Origin: an uncultured Ignavibacteria bacterium
Lineage (GTDB): Bacteria > Zixibacteria > MSB-5A5 > WJJR01
Reading direction: 5' to 3'
DNA length: 64,000 bases
Assembly: GCA_964371625.1 (NCBI GenBank)
Contig: CAYJMP010000002.1
Coordinates: 197,034 to 261,033 of the forward strand
The notes under the pieces were generated by a model. The model was given only the letters and a program-made list of their open reading frames with translations. It was not told the origin of the DNA and made no database searches. Of the stretch, positions 38,461-47,566 are shown piece after piece; position 1 is the first letter of the stretch, and every line of letters begins with the position of its first letter. The position numbers were made by a program, and so were the translations under genes.

Positions 38461-39828
38461 ATGGCCGCAAGATGTAGCAGTTCCCAATCAATCATGATAG
38501 ACGATCAGACAATTCAAGACGCGGACATGTTGCGATGGAATCAGTCTCACGGATTTCGCTTCACACACGACCTCTTCAAGTTTCCTGGGAAATTCCACCC
38601 TCCGTTAGTAGAGCACATCTTGCGTTCGATGAACCCTGCGGGTGTCATTGACCCCATGGCCGGTGTCGGAACGGTTGCTGTGGAGGCGAAGGCGGCCGGC
38701 GTCCCATCGCTCTCGCTGGATATCGATCCGGTGAGTACGTTTTTTGCACGGGTTAAGACTACTCCTATTGCACGGCGAACGCTGGACTGTGCTTGGAAGG
38801 ATCTCTCAAAGTCCTTACGCCGCTTTCGCAGAACGGACAACGAGATCGAGATTCGCAAATTTCGCGACTTGAGAGTCGATCGAATGCGCGGGCAGCTATC
38901 CACAGTGAATGCAAGTGATCTCGAAAGTCTGAGTTACTGGTTTCGCCGGTATGTCCTAGTCGACTATGCGAGGATCGACCATTCCATTTCCAATGGGGGG
39001 CTCCCCGGGAGATCGGAGATTGTGCGTCGATTCTTCCTAGCGTGCCTGATCAGTTCGATCCGCCGCATTAGCCTAGCGGATCCAAGTCCTGTGAGCGGCC
39101 TTGAAATTACGAAACACATGAGGGCTCGCATTGAGTGCGGGTACTTAGTCGATGTGTTTCGAGAGTTTGAGCGCCGCGTTGAGATTGCAATCCGGAGAAT
39201 GGATGAGTACGAATCGTACCTTAAGCAGTGCGGAACATATGACACTCCATCGCTGATTGAACAGACAGACTGCAGTAACTTGCTTGAATCAGCCGGTGCA
39301 CGGAAGATTGGTGCAGACCTGATTCTCTTCTCGCCACCGTATTGCAACGCAATCGAATACTGGCGACGACACAGATTAGAATATCTACTCGGGCGATTCC
39401 TTGACGAGAGAGAAATCTGCGAGCTTCACGCAAGCTTCATTGGTCGTACCAAAGTCGGGTCGACCAATGAATTTCCCCAAATGCTCGGTTATGTACCCGT
39501 TGACCGATTACTCTCCAGTCTAATCAAGGACGGAAGGCGGAAGAAGGCTCGAGTATTATCGCAATACTTTATCGACATGAGGGACCGACTACAGGTGTTT
39601 CGCGATTTTCTGCCCGTCGGTGGGTTCTGCGTTCTGGTTGTTGGGGACAGCGTAACCGGTGCGAAGAGAATACCGACCGCAAAGACTCTTGCGTGGATAG
39701 GTGCTGACTTGGGTTTTGATCATCTCAAGACAACGCGCTATAAAATCAAGAATAGAGTCATGCAATTTCCAATCAAATCGAATGCAAAGATCGAAAGTGA
39801 ATCGATCCTTGTTCTACAAAAAGTCTGA
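38461..39828 (+). CDS. SAM-dependent DNA methyltransferase (N6-adenine or N4-cytosine type)
   Basis: Motif I DPMAGVGTVAVEA and motif IV LILFSPPY; ORF overlaps or abuts the upstream GHKL gene stop (earliest GTG at 38443, ATG at 38461). Confidence 0.75.
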   Translation: MAARCSSSQSIMIDDQTIQDADMLRWNQSHGFRFTHDLFKFPGKFHPPLVEHILRSMNPAGVIDPMAGVGTVAVEAKAAGVPSLSLDIDPVSTFFARVKTTPIARRTLDCAWKDLSKSLRRFRRTDNEIEIRKFRDLRVDRMRGQLSTVNASDLESLSYWFRRYVLVDYARIDHSISNGGLPGRSEIVRRFFLACLISSIRRISLADPSPVSGLEITKHMRARIECGYLVDVFREFERRVEIAIRRMDEYESYLKQCGTYDTPSLIEQTDCSNLLESAGARKIGADLILFSPPYCNAIEYWRRHRLEYLLGRFLDEREICELHASFIGRTKVGSTNEFPQMLGYVPVDRLLSSLIKDGRRKKARVLSQYFIDMRDRLQVFRDFLPVGGFCVLVVGDSVTGAKRIPTAKTLAWIGADLGFDHLKTTRYKIKNRVMQFPIKSNAKIESESILVLQKV

Positions 39829-40020
39829 AACTGGGTGCGCGTGCGCTCCGCGCTCCACCAAGTTCGCCAGATTTGCCTACAAAGACCTGATCGAAAACGT
39901 ACCTTGCTGTGGCCTCAAGTTTGAGGTGCCAAAATGATACCTCAAGTCGTGACGGGGCGCGTCCTGATGGACACCCGCTAACCCCTTGCCCCCGCCCCCA
40001 TTCCTCCCAATCTTGTCCCT

Positions 40021-40770
40021 GTGGAACCGACACAGACCGCCCCCGATCTGCGTTTGCATACCAGCGGCCTGGTGAAATCCTACCGCCGCCGCCGCGTGGT
40101 TAATGGCGTCACCGTCGAGATCAGTCCCGGCGAAGTTGTCGGCCTGCTCGGCCCCAATGGCGCCGGCAAGACCACGACCTTCTACCTCACCATCGGCTTC
40201 ATCAAGCCCGATGACGGCGAAGTTTTCCTCGGCGACCGCCGGATCACGAAGCTGGCGATGTACCGACGCGCCCGTCTGGGTATCGGCTACCTGCCCCAGG
40301 AACCCTCAATCTTTCGCAAGATGTCCGTCGAGGGCAACATCCTCGCGATTCTCGAAACCCAGGGCATCCCGCGCCCCGCGCGCAAGATTCGCCTCGATGA
40401 ATTGCTTACCGAATTGAACATCGCGCACGTGGCGAAATCGAAGGGGTACCAGCTCTCCGGCGGCGAACGGCGACGTGTCGAGATCGCCCGCGCTCTGGCC
40501 ACACGCCCCAAATTCATGCTCCTGGATGAACCCTTCGCCGGAATCGACCCGATCGCCGTGGAAGATATTCAGGGAATTGTCGCGGGACTGCGAACCAAGG
40601 GGCTCGGGGTGCTTATAACCGATCACAATGTGCGTGAGACGCTGGCCATCACCGACCGAGCCTATATCATGTGCGACGGCGAAATCTTGAAGGAAGGCAC
40701 ATCAGAATACCTCGCAAATGACCCGGAAGCGCGTAAGATATATTTGGGAGAGAGATTCCGACTGAACTAA
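40021..40770 (+). CDS. lptB: LPS export ABC transporter ATP-binding protein
   Basis: Walker [11 protein letters not shown], signature LSGGERRRV, Walker B FMLLDEPF; LptB-like length. Confidence 0.85.
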   Translation: MEPTQTAPDLRLHTSGLVKSYRRRRVVNGVTVEISPGEVVGLLGPNGAGKTTTFYLTIGFIKPDDGEVFLGDRRITKLAMYRRARLGIGYLPQEPSIFRKMSVEGNILAILETQGIPRPARKIRLDELLTELNIAHVAKSKGYQLSGGERRRVEIARALATRPKFMLLDEPFAGIDPIAVEDIQGIVAGLRTKGLGVLITDHNVRETLAITDRAYIMCDGEILKEGTSEYLANDPEARKIYLGERFRLN

Positions 40771-40799
40771 GGTTAGCCCATGGAATTTGTAGAGAAAAA

Positions 40800-40849
40800 G
40801 ATTGCTTCGTCGGTCCGGCATAAAGCCGCCGACCATTCTCGCAATGACG
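40800..40849. repeat. Dispersed intergenic palindromic element, copy B' (inverted orientation)
   Basis: gattgcttcgtc ... attctcgcaatgacg, i.e. the reverse complement of the cgtcattgcgag...gacgaagcaatc termini. Confidence 0.65.
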
Positions 40850-40874
40850 ATGGCAGGGAAAGCCCTGGGAAAAC

Positions 40875-40917
40875 CGTCATTGCGAGGAGGAGCGCTCTCC
40901 GCGACGACGAAGCAATC
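40875..40917. repeat. Dispersed intergenic palindromic element, copy B
   Basis: cgtcattgcgagg aggagcgctctccgcg acgacgaagcaatc; 25 bp from the inverted copy B'. Confidence 0.7.
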
Positions 40918-40950
40918 TTTGTCACCGCGCCAACGAGATAATTCCTGACC

Positions 40951-41892
40951 ATGCGACTCTTCAGCAACATGACGCTCAAACTGCTCGCCATCATCTTTGC
41001 GATGTTGTTGTGGTTCCATGTTGCGACCAATCAGGAATACGACCAGGAAATCCTCTATACAATCAGCTACGTGAACATCCCCAGCTCGCTGGTCATGGCG
41101 AGCGCCTCGGACAACGAAGTTGCTGTGCACATGCGCGGTTCGGGAAAAGGACTGATGCGGCTCATGTGGGGCGAACGCCGCTGGCCCATCGATCTGTCCC
41201 GTGCAAAAGTCGGAACCCAACAGATTCACATTCTTGCCGACAACATACCGCTCTATGGCATCAAAGACCTGTCTGTCCTCGGACTTGTCGATTCCGACAC
41301 CCTGACCGTCATTCTCGACAGCATCGGCCAGAAGACCGTCCCGGTCCGCAGTTCCGTCGAAATCGCTCCAACCGCCGGCTTCGTCTGTTCCACTGATCCG
41401 ATCCTGACTCCCGACTCTGTCGTCCTCACCGGCCCACGCACCAACCTCGAGCGTGTCGAGGAAGTCTGGACCCAGCCCGATCTGATCAAAGATGTCCGCG
41501 ATCCCGTCGAACGGCTCTTGTCACTCCTGCCGGCCAAATCCTATGGCGTGACAATGAACGTTGACCACATAAGTCTCTATCAGAAAGTCGAGCCATACCT
41601 CACCCGTGCCTTTTCTGCCGTGCCGGTCCAGGTCACCGGGCGTCACGAATCCGAAGGACTCGATATCAGCCCTTCCTACGTGATCGTCGAGGTCGCCGGA
41701 CCGCAGTCAGCCGTGGTTCAGCTTATTGCCGACTCGATTAATGTGAGCTGCGAGCCGCTCCTGTTGGACGAGAATAAGCTCTCGGTCCGCACCAAAGCAT
41801 CAGTGCCTTCGCCTTTGAGGGTCTTGAAGCTGTCGCCGGATTCTGTTACCGTGGAACGTCATGAGCGTACGCGGGCCGATTCTGGGGATTGA
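40951..41892 (+). CDS. Membrane-anchored hypothetical protein (YbbR-like repeats, tentative)
   Basis: N-terminal TM helix (LKLLAIIFAMLLWFHVA) then repeated beta-rich modules; family assignment uncertain. Confidence 0.4.
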   Translation: MRLFSNMTLKLLAIIFAMLLWFHVATNQEYDQEILYTISYVNIPSSLVMASASDNEVAVHMRGSGKGLMRLMWGERRWPIDLSRAKVGTQQIHILADNIPLYGIKDLSVLGLVDSDTLTVILDSIGQKTVPVRSSVEIAPTAGFVCSTDPILTPDSVVLTGPRTNLERVEEVWTQPDLIKDVRDPVERLLSLLPAKSYGVTMNVDHISLYQKVEPYLTRAFSAVPVQVTGRHESEGLDISPSYVIVEVAGPQSAVVQLIADSINVSCEPLLLDENKLSVRTKASVPSPLRVLKLSPDSVTVERHERTRADSGD

Positions 41893-42892
41893 AACATCGT
41901 GTGACGAGACCGCTGCCGCCTTGGTCTCGCCCGACGGCCGCATTCTTTCCAACATCATCTACTCCCAAACAGTTCATACTGCCTACGGGGGCGTCGTGCC
42001 GGAGCTGGCCTCACGTGAACATGCCGGGCGGTTACCCGCTATCGTCGAACAGGCGCTGGCAGAAGCCTCTCTGACGTGGAGTGACCTGGCGGGAATCGCC
42101 GTGACCGCCGGACCGGGTCTTGTCGGCTGCCTGTTGGTCGGCGTTGCCTATGCCCGTTCGGCAGCCCGTGCTCGGGACATCCCTCTGTATGTCGTTAATC
42201 ACCTCGAGGGCCACGCGCACACTCCGGCCATGGAAGCTCCTGACATTCGCTATCCCTATCTCGTTCTTATCGCCTCGGGAGGACATTCATCCTTGGTGAT
42301 CGTCGATGCGCCGGGGAAATTTCGTGAGATTGGCCGTACCCGCGATGACGCGGCCGGCGAGGCTCTCGACAAGGTCGGCAAACTCATCGGTCTCGAATAT
42401 CCTGCCGGTCCCCAATTGGACCGCCTGGGGTTCTCGGGCCGTCCGGACACGGTCAATTTCCCACGCGCCCGATTTGACGGGCAAGGGTATGACTTCTCAT
42501 TCTCTGGAGTCAAGACAGCCGCGGCTCAGGATTGGAACGATCGCCGTACGGGGCGTAAACCCGAAGTCAATCTATCGGATTGGGCCGCTTCCTTTGAATC
42601 GGCAGTGATGGACGCGCTCGTCGACAATCTCTTTCGTGCGGCAACGGACTTGAGGATAAACACGATCGCCGTTGCCGGGGGCGTTGCGCGCAATCGCCGC
42701 CTGCGCAACCTTGTAAGTGTGTGGGCCAAGCGTGAGAATCGCCGGGCCGTCGTCCCGCGTGGTGAGTGGTGTGCCGATAATGCCGCGATGATTGCCGCGG
42801 TCGCGCTCTATCAGACTCCATGCGACAACTCGGCGGCGCTGGATGCGATGCCCAGTTGGGCACTGGGGCATCCGCTTCCGCTGAGGACTTAG
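41861..42892 (+). CDS. tsaD: tRNA N6-adenosine threonylcarbamoyltransferase
   Basis: ILGIETSCDETAAAL N-terminus, HLEGH metal site, Kae1/TsaD-like throughout. Confidence 0.9.
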   Translation: MSVRGPILGIETSCDETAAALVSPDGRILSNIIYSQTVHTAYGGVVPELASREHAGRLPAIVEQALAEASLTWSDLAGIAVTAGPGLVGCLLVGVAYARSAARARDIPLYVVNHLEGHAHTPAMEAPDIRYPYLVLIASGGHSSLVIVDAPGKFREIGRTRDDAAGEALDKVGKLIGLEYPAGPQLDRLGFSGRPDTVNFPRARFDGQGYDFSFSGVKTAAAQDWNDRRTGRKPEVNLSDWAASFESAVMDALVDNLFRAATDLRINTIAVAGGVARNRRLRNLVSVWAKRENRRAVVPRGEWCADNAAMIAAVALYQTPCDNSAALDAMPSWALGHPLPLRT

Positions 42893-42895
42893 ACG

Positions 42896-43822
42896 ATGAA
42901 GAGTCCGACTAAACCGGTCTTCCCGGTTTCCCAATCCTCGTATCGACGCGCGCTCGAGCGCGCTGTACGTGAAGCTCTCGCGGAGGACCTCGGATCAGGG
43001 GACATCACAAATGCCGCTCTCAAGCTGAGAGGAAAACGCGGCCGGGCGATCCTGCTGGCGAAAGATAACGGCGTGTTGGCGGGCGCCGATGTCTTCACCG
43101 AATGCTTTCGTCATTTGGAGCGCAGAGTGGTGCTGAAATGGAAATCACAGGATGGGGCTCGAATTCGTGCAGGGAGCACGGTCGCAACGATTTCGGGTGA
43201 CGCCGGAGCCATTCTCTCGGCCGAGCGCTGCGCACTGAATTTTGTCTCTCACCTTTCTGGTATTGCCTCGCTGACGGCAGATATGGTGGCCCTCATTTCC
43301 CGAACCCCGGTTCGACTGCTCGATACGCGCAAGACCACGCCGGGGCTGCGTCTTCTCGAGAAGCGCGCGACCGTCCTCGGAGGGGCGTTGAACCACCGCC
43401 TTGGGCTCTATGATGCACTCATGATTAAAGACAACCATATTGCGGCGATGGGGAGTATCGAAGTCTCACTCCCATTGGCGGCGAAAGCAAAGGGGCGGAG
43501 GCAACTCATCTGCGAAATCGCCGAGCCATATCAAGTGCGCATTGCCCTCGATCTGGGCGCTACATGGCTGCTGCTCGACAACTTCAGTCGGCGCGACTTG
43601 CGCATGTCGGTACAGCGGATCAGGCAATGGGGGCGCAAACACAATCGCAAGATCGTGATCGAGGCATCGGGCGGCATCACCCCCCGCAACATTGCCGCTT
43701 TGGCGCGCACCGGAGTCGACTACATTTCATCCGGCCACATCACTCATTCGGCCACGGCGATCGATTTCTCGCTGGAGTGGGACGGCCCCCCCGCCGCAAA
43801 GCCCTCGCGTCGGTCGACCTGA
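42896..43822 (+). CDS. nadC: Nicotinate-nucleotide pyrophosphorylase (carboxylating)
   Basis: Quinolinate phosphoribosyltransferase-like sequence (LDTRKTTPGLR, MIKDNHI, SGGIT). Confidence 0.85.
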   Translation: MKSPTKPVFPVSQSSYRRALERAVREALAEDLGSGDITNAALKLRGKRGRAILLAKDNGVLAGADVFTECFRHLERRVVLKWKSQDGARIRAGSTVATISGDAGAILSAERCALNFVSHLSGIASLTADMVALISRTPVRLLDTRKTTPGLRLLEKRATVLGGALNHRLGLYDALMIKDNHIAAMGSIEVSLPLAAKAKGRRQLICEIAEPYQVRIALDLGATWLLLDNFSRRDLRMSVQRIRQWGRKHNRKIVIEASGGITPRNIAALARTGVDYISSGHITHSATAIDFSLEWDGPPAAKPSRRST

Positions 43823-43832
43823 GAGGCATCCC

Positions 43833-44816
43833 GTGGAATTGCTCATCAACGAAATCGCGGTGCTCCTGCGGACCCGACGCCCTGCGTCGGGGTGGACAAT
43901 CGCCGAACTGCAACACGCGCTGGGAGCATCGCACGCGCGCGTGCAAAAGGCGATCGATCAGATGCGCGATCTCGGCTATGAGCTGTCGGCCTCCAACGGC
44001 GGCGCATTTCATATCGCCAAAGGCCCCGATCGCATGATTGACACCGAAATCCTTGCCGGATTGAAAACTCGCATCTTCGCCAAACAACTTCACTGCTACA
44101 ACCGCCTCGGTTCCACCAACACCCGTGCGATCGAATTGGCCGAATCGAATGCGCCTGAAGGCACCATCGTCGTCGCGGAGGAGCAGACCAGCGGACGCGG
44201 GCGCTTGGGGCGCACCTGGCATTCCCTGGCGGGTCTCGGAATCTGGTCCTCAGTCGTCTTGCGTCCACAGATTCCACTCCCAAAAGCCTCCGGACTGTCA
44301 CTGCTCGCCGCGTTGGCCTTTGCTCACACGGCCGACCGTGAATTGGGCCTCCAAGTCGACCTCAAGTGGCCGAATGATGGCCTCATCGATGGAAGGAAAG
44401 TTCTGGGTATCCTGACCGAGGTTTCGGCCGAGACCGATCGGGTCTATTACGCTGTCTGTGGCACGGGCGTCAATGTCTCCCATACCGCGTCAGATTTCCC
44501 GGAGTCGTTAAGGCACCATGCCATCTCATTGGCGATGGCCTGCGGGCACCCGGTCGACCGTCTCAACTTCTACAGGTCGTTCCTGCTCGAATTCGAGTCA
44601 TTGTATCGTGGGTTCCGCCGTGATGGCATCGCGGCATACCTGGGAGACTACCGCAAACGCTCAATGCTCCTCGGTCATGAAGTAACTGTGCGGCAAGGAC
44701 ATACGGCGATCACCGGACGGGCGGTCGCCATCGACGACAACGGCGCATTGGTCATACGCGAGGGCCGCAAGGACACCGTCGTCTTTGCCGGCGAGGCAAC
44801 ACTTAGGGAACAATAA
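43833..44816 (+). CDS. birA: Biotin-[acetyl-CoA-carboxylase] ligase with N-terminal HTH
   Basis: GRGRLGRTW and KWPND motifs; start placed at in-frame GTG just after nadC stop. Confidence 0.8.
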   Translation: MELLINEIAVLLRTRRPASGWTIAELQHALGASHARVQKAIDQMRDLGYELSASNGGAFHIAKGPDRMIDTEILAGLKTRIFAKQLHCYNRLGSTNTRAIELAESNAPEGTIVVAEEQTSGRGRLGRTWHSLAGLGIWSSVVLRPQIPLPKASGLSLLAALAFAHTADRELGLQVDLKWPNDGLIDGRKVLGILTEVSAETDRVYYAVCGTGVNVSHTASDFPESLRHHAISLAMACGHPVDRLNFYRSFLLEFESLYRGFRRDGIAAYLGDYRKRSMLLGHEVTVRQGHTAITGRAVAIDDNGALVIREGRKDTVVFAGEATLREQ

Positions 44817-44871
44817 CACTCGAAAATCGCGTAATAAGGTTGGGAATATCACGACCGATCACCGGTAATGA

Positions 44872-46140
44872 ATGTGGCGATTCTCCATGTTTCTGGGTCA
44901 ACGTCTCATCGCAGTCTTGCTGATCGTCCTGGCCGCCGGCTTGGGTGCCGGATGCTCTTGTGAGCTTACCGGCGATTGTGCGGACAGACTCTATCCTCCT
45001 TCCGGTCCCAGCCCCGTCGATGGCGCCGTCGAACAACCGATCACAATCACATTGTCATGGAACGGCAGCGAAGCCGCCAACGGTAAACACATCCGCCATG
45101 ACGTCTACCTGAGTGCGACCAATCCTCCGGTCCTCTATCGTCCGAGCGTTACCGGGCGAATGCTCACGCTCGATACACTGGCCAAGGCGCGCACATACTA
45201 CTGGCAGGTGGTGCTCATTGAGGAGGATGGCAACACGATCAAAGGACCGATCTGGACGTTTACCACAGAATTCCCGCCGAAATTTCTGTCCGTCGCCTAT
45301 CCCAACTGGGCTACAACGTGGCCGCGAGGCGAAGAGCGTACGGTGTCCTGGCGGTCTTCCTATGCGGGCAGCGCTGTTCGCATCGAGCTCTATAAGGCCG
45401 GTGCCAGTCTCTGCACGCTGGCAGATCAAACTTTAAACGACGGCTTCTTCACCTGGGAGATGAGCCTGTGCGCGCAGGACACCGACCCCGACTATCGTAT
45501 TAAGGTGACTTCGCTCCTCGATCAGACGTTGTATGACTACAGCGACTTCTTCACGATCACGACCGGTTGCCCGATTGAGATCACCGCGCCGCACGAAAAC
45601 GCGAAGTGGATCGCCGGCGAGTCACGCCCCGTGACTTGGCGCCCGTTGGGACTGGCGCCCAATCTCAAAGTCACACTGCACCTGTATCAAGCCTCGGATT
45701 TTCGCGGAGTGATAGCTCCTGTCACCTTGGATGACGGGCAGTTTGACTGGACAGTGACCGATTTCGATGCCAGCAGCGCGGAGGATTTTCGCGTCCGGAT
45801 CACCGCGATCAGCGGGTACAGCTGTTCGGAATTCAGCGACTTCTTCACCATACAGGCGTGCTCGGTTCGTGTCATGACACCCGCTGTCGGCGTGATCTGG
45901 CCTATCGGTACCCAACATATGATCACGTGGGATACGGCCTACATGCCGGACATCATCAGCATGGAACTCTACCATCGCGGCGAGTTCGTCTGCGTGCTCG
46001 ATGACCAGGTCCCCAACACGGGCTCCTACTTGTGGGCAGTCACCCGCTGTAGTTCCCCGTACGGAGAGAATTTCCAGGTGAAGTTGTACGACGGCACGAC
46101 GGGCCCCTGCGGCTTCAGCGCGAAATTCGACCTGCATTAA
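44872..46140 (+). CDS. Lipoprotein with four internal ~90-aa repeats, function unknown
   Basis: Lipobox LGAGCS; four modules each ending ...YSDFFTI / SEFSDFFTIQ / GFSAKFDL. Confidence 0.55.
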   Translation: MWRFSMFLGQRLIAVLLIVLAAGLGAGCSCELTGDCADRLYPPSGPSPVDGAVEQPITITLSWNGSEAANGKHIRHDVYLSATNPPVLYRPSVTGRMLTLDTLAKARTYYWQVVLIEEDGNTIKGPIWTFTTEFPPKFLSVAYPNWATTWPRGEERTVSWRSSYAGSAVRIELYKAGASLCTLADQTLNDGFFTWEMSLCAQDTDPDYRIKVTSLLDQTLYDYSDFFTITTGCPIEITAPHENAKWIAGESRPVTWRPLGLAPNLKVTLHLYQASDFRGVIAPVTLDDGQFDWTVTDFDASSAEDFRVRITAISGYSCSEFSDFFTIQACSVRVMTPAVGVIWPIGTQHMITWDTAYMPDIISMELYHRGEFVCVLDDQVPNTGSYLWAVTRCSSPYGENFQVKLYDGTTGPCGFSAKFDLH

Positions 46141-46159
46141 CCCACAAAATCTGACGATT

Positions 46160-47551
46160 CTAATCTTTTGGATGCGGGACCGGGGAACTGGCGCGAGCGC
46201 CGGAATGCGGGATGCGACCGATCCGCTCTTGCGCGTCCTCGTCCGAGCGGTCGCCTTTCCCGCCAAACTTGATCCCGGCACTCCGCAGCATCTCGAACGG
46301 TGGCAACCCGCCGATGAGAACGAAGATGTAATCATTGGGAATGGTGAATTCTCCATCCCGGGAGCGGATTTCAACGTCGGCGGCGCTGATTCTCCGGACT
46401 TCTGAATCGAAGACGGCTTTGACCTTGCCGCGATCGATCAACTCACGAATCTTGTCCTCATTCTTCTTTTTCACGCGTGCAAATGTGCTTTTGCGATAGG
46501 ATATCCAGACGGTGTTCCCCGGCTGGCGGGCCAGACCGATCGCCGCCTCGACAGCACTGTCCCCGCCCCCGACCACGAGGAGATTCTGACCATTATACGA
46601 TCGGGCGTCGACCAACTGGTACATCACCTTCGAATGATCTTCCCCTTCGACACCGAGTTTGCGGGGAGTTCCGCGACGCCCCAGACCGAGAACGACTCTT
46701 CGTGATCGATAGATACCGGCACTGGTGATCACACGGAAGATCGGCCCCTCTTTCGAAACGTCGTCGACACGCTCTCTGGCACGGATCTGAATCCCGAATT
46801 TCTCGACGATCCCATTCCAGATTTCCAACAGTTCTTCCTTGGAATATTCTGACCTTTTCAGCCAACCGTAGAGCGGAATCTCCACGGGTTGAGTCATAAC
46901 CAGTTTGCGGTGTGGATAATGAAGTATCGTCCCACCGACCTGGGTTTGGTCGATCACGAGGTAATTCAACTTGTTCTCTATGGCCGTCAGAGCGGCCGAA
47001 AGCCCCGCAGGGCCGGAGCCGATGATGATGACATCGTACGCATCCTGCGACGCTTCGTTCGCAAGTTGTCCGGCGATGGCGTTCATCGCCTTGCGCCCTT
47101 GTGAGATCGCATTCCGAATGAGTGACAGGCCGCCGAGCTCTCCGACGATGTACAGACCCGGAACACTCGTTTCGTAGTCACGCGAGAGAATCGGTATGTC
47201 TTCCCGGTCACGCGTATCCCCGAGTCCGACAACGAGCGCGCCGACCGGACAGGCGCGTTCGCAATTGCCATGACCGACGCAACGTATTCCGTTAATGACC
47301 ATCGCCGTTCCATAGACGACGTCGAGCACATCGCCCTCCGGACACGCCGTCACGCAGCCGCCGCAGCCGATGCACAGACCCGGATCAATGAATGGGTACT
47401 GTCCTCGCGGTTTCTCGATTCCCGCCTGTAGCGCTTCGTGCTTGCGTCGCCATGCTACCCGTTGCTGCCGATGGAACTTGAAGGCGTATGGCAATACCAC
47501 CAATACGCCCAAACCGATGGCAACAGACCATATGAGCAGCGATTCAGACAT
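46160..47551 (-). CDS. Membrane-anchored ferredoxin-domain / FAD-dependent pyridine nucleotide oxidoreductase
   Basis: N-terminal TM helix; two 4Fe-4S motifs CIGCGGCVTACP and CVGHGNCERACP; FAD/NAD(P) folds IIGSGPAGLSAA and VVGGGDSAVE. Confidence 0.7.
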   Translation of the reverse strand: MSESLLIWSVAIGLGVLVVLPYAFKFHRQQRVAWRRKHEALQAGIEKPRGQYPFIDPGLCIGCGGCVTACPEGDVLDVVYGTAMVINGIRCVGHGNCERACPVGALVVGLGDTRDREDIPILSRDYETSVPGLYIVGELGGLSLIRNAISQGRKAMNAIAGQLANEASQDAYDVIIIGSGPAGLSAALTAIENKLNYLVIDQTQVGGTILHYPHRKLVMTQPVEIPLYGWLKRSEYSKEELLEIWNGIVEKFGIQIRARERVDDVSKEGPIFRVITSAGIYRSRRVVLGLGRRGTPRKLGVEGEDHSKVMYQLVDARSYNGQNLLVVGGGDSAVEAAIGLARQPGNTVWISYRKSTFARVKKKNEDKIRELIDRGKVKAVFDSEVRRISAADVEIRSRDGEFTIPNDYIFVLIGGLPPFEMLRSAGIKFGGKGDRSDEDAQERIGRIPHSGARASSPVPHPKD

Positions 47552-47566
47552 CGATGATCGTCACTT

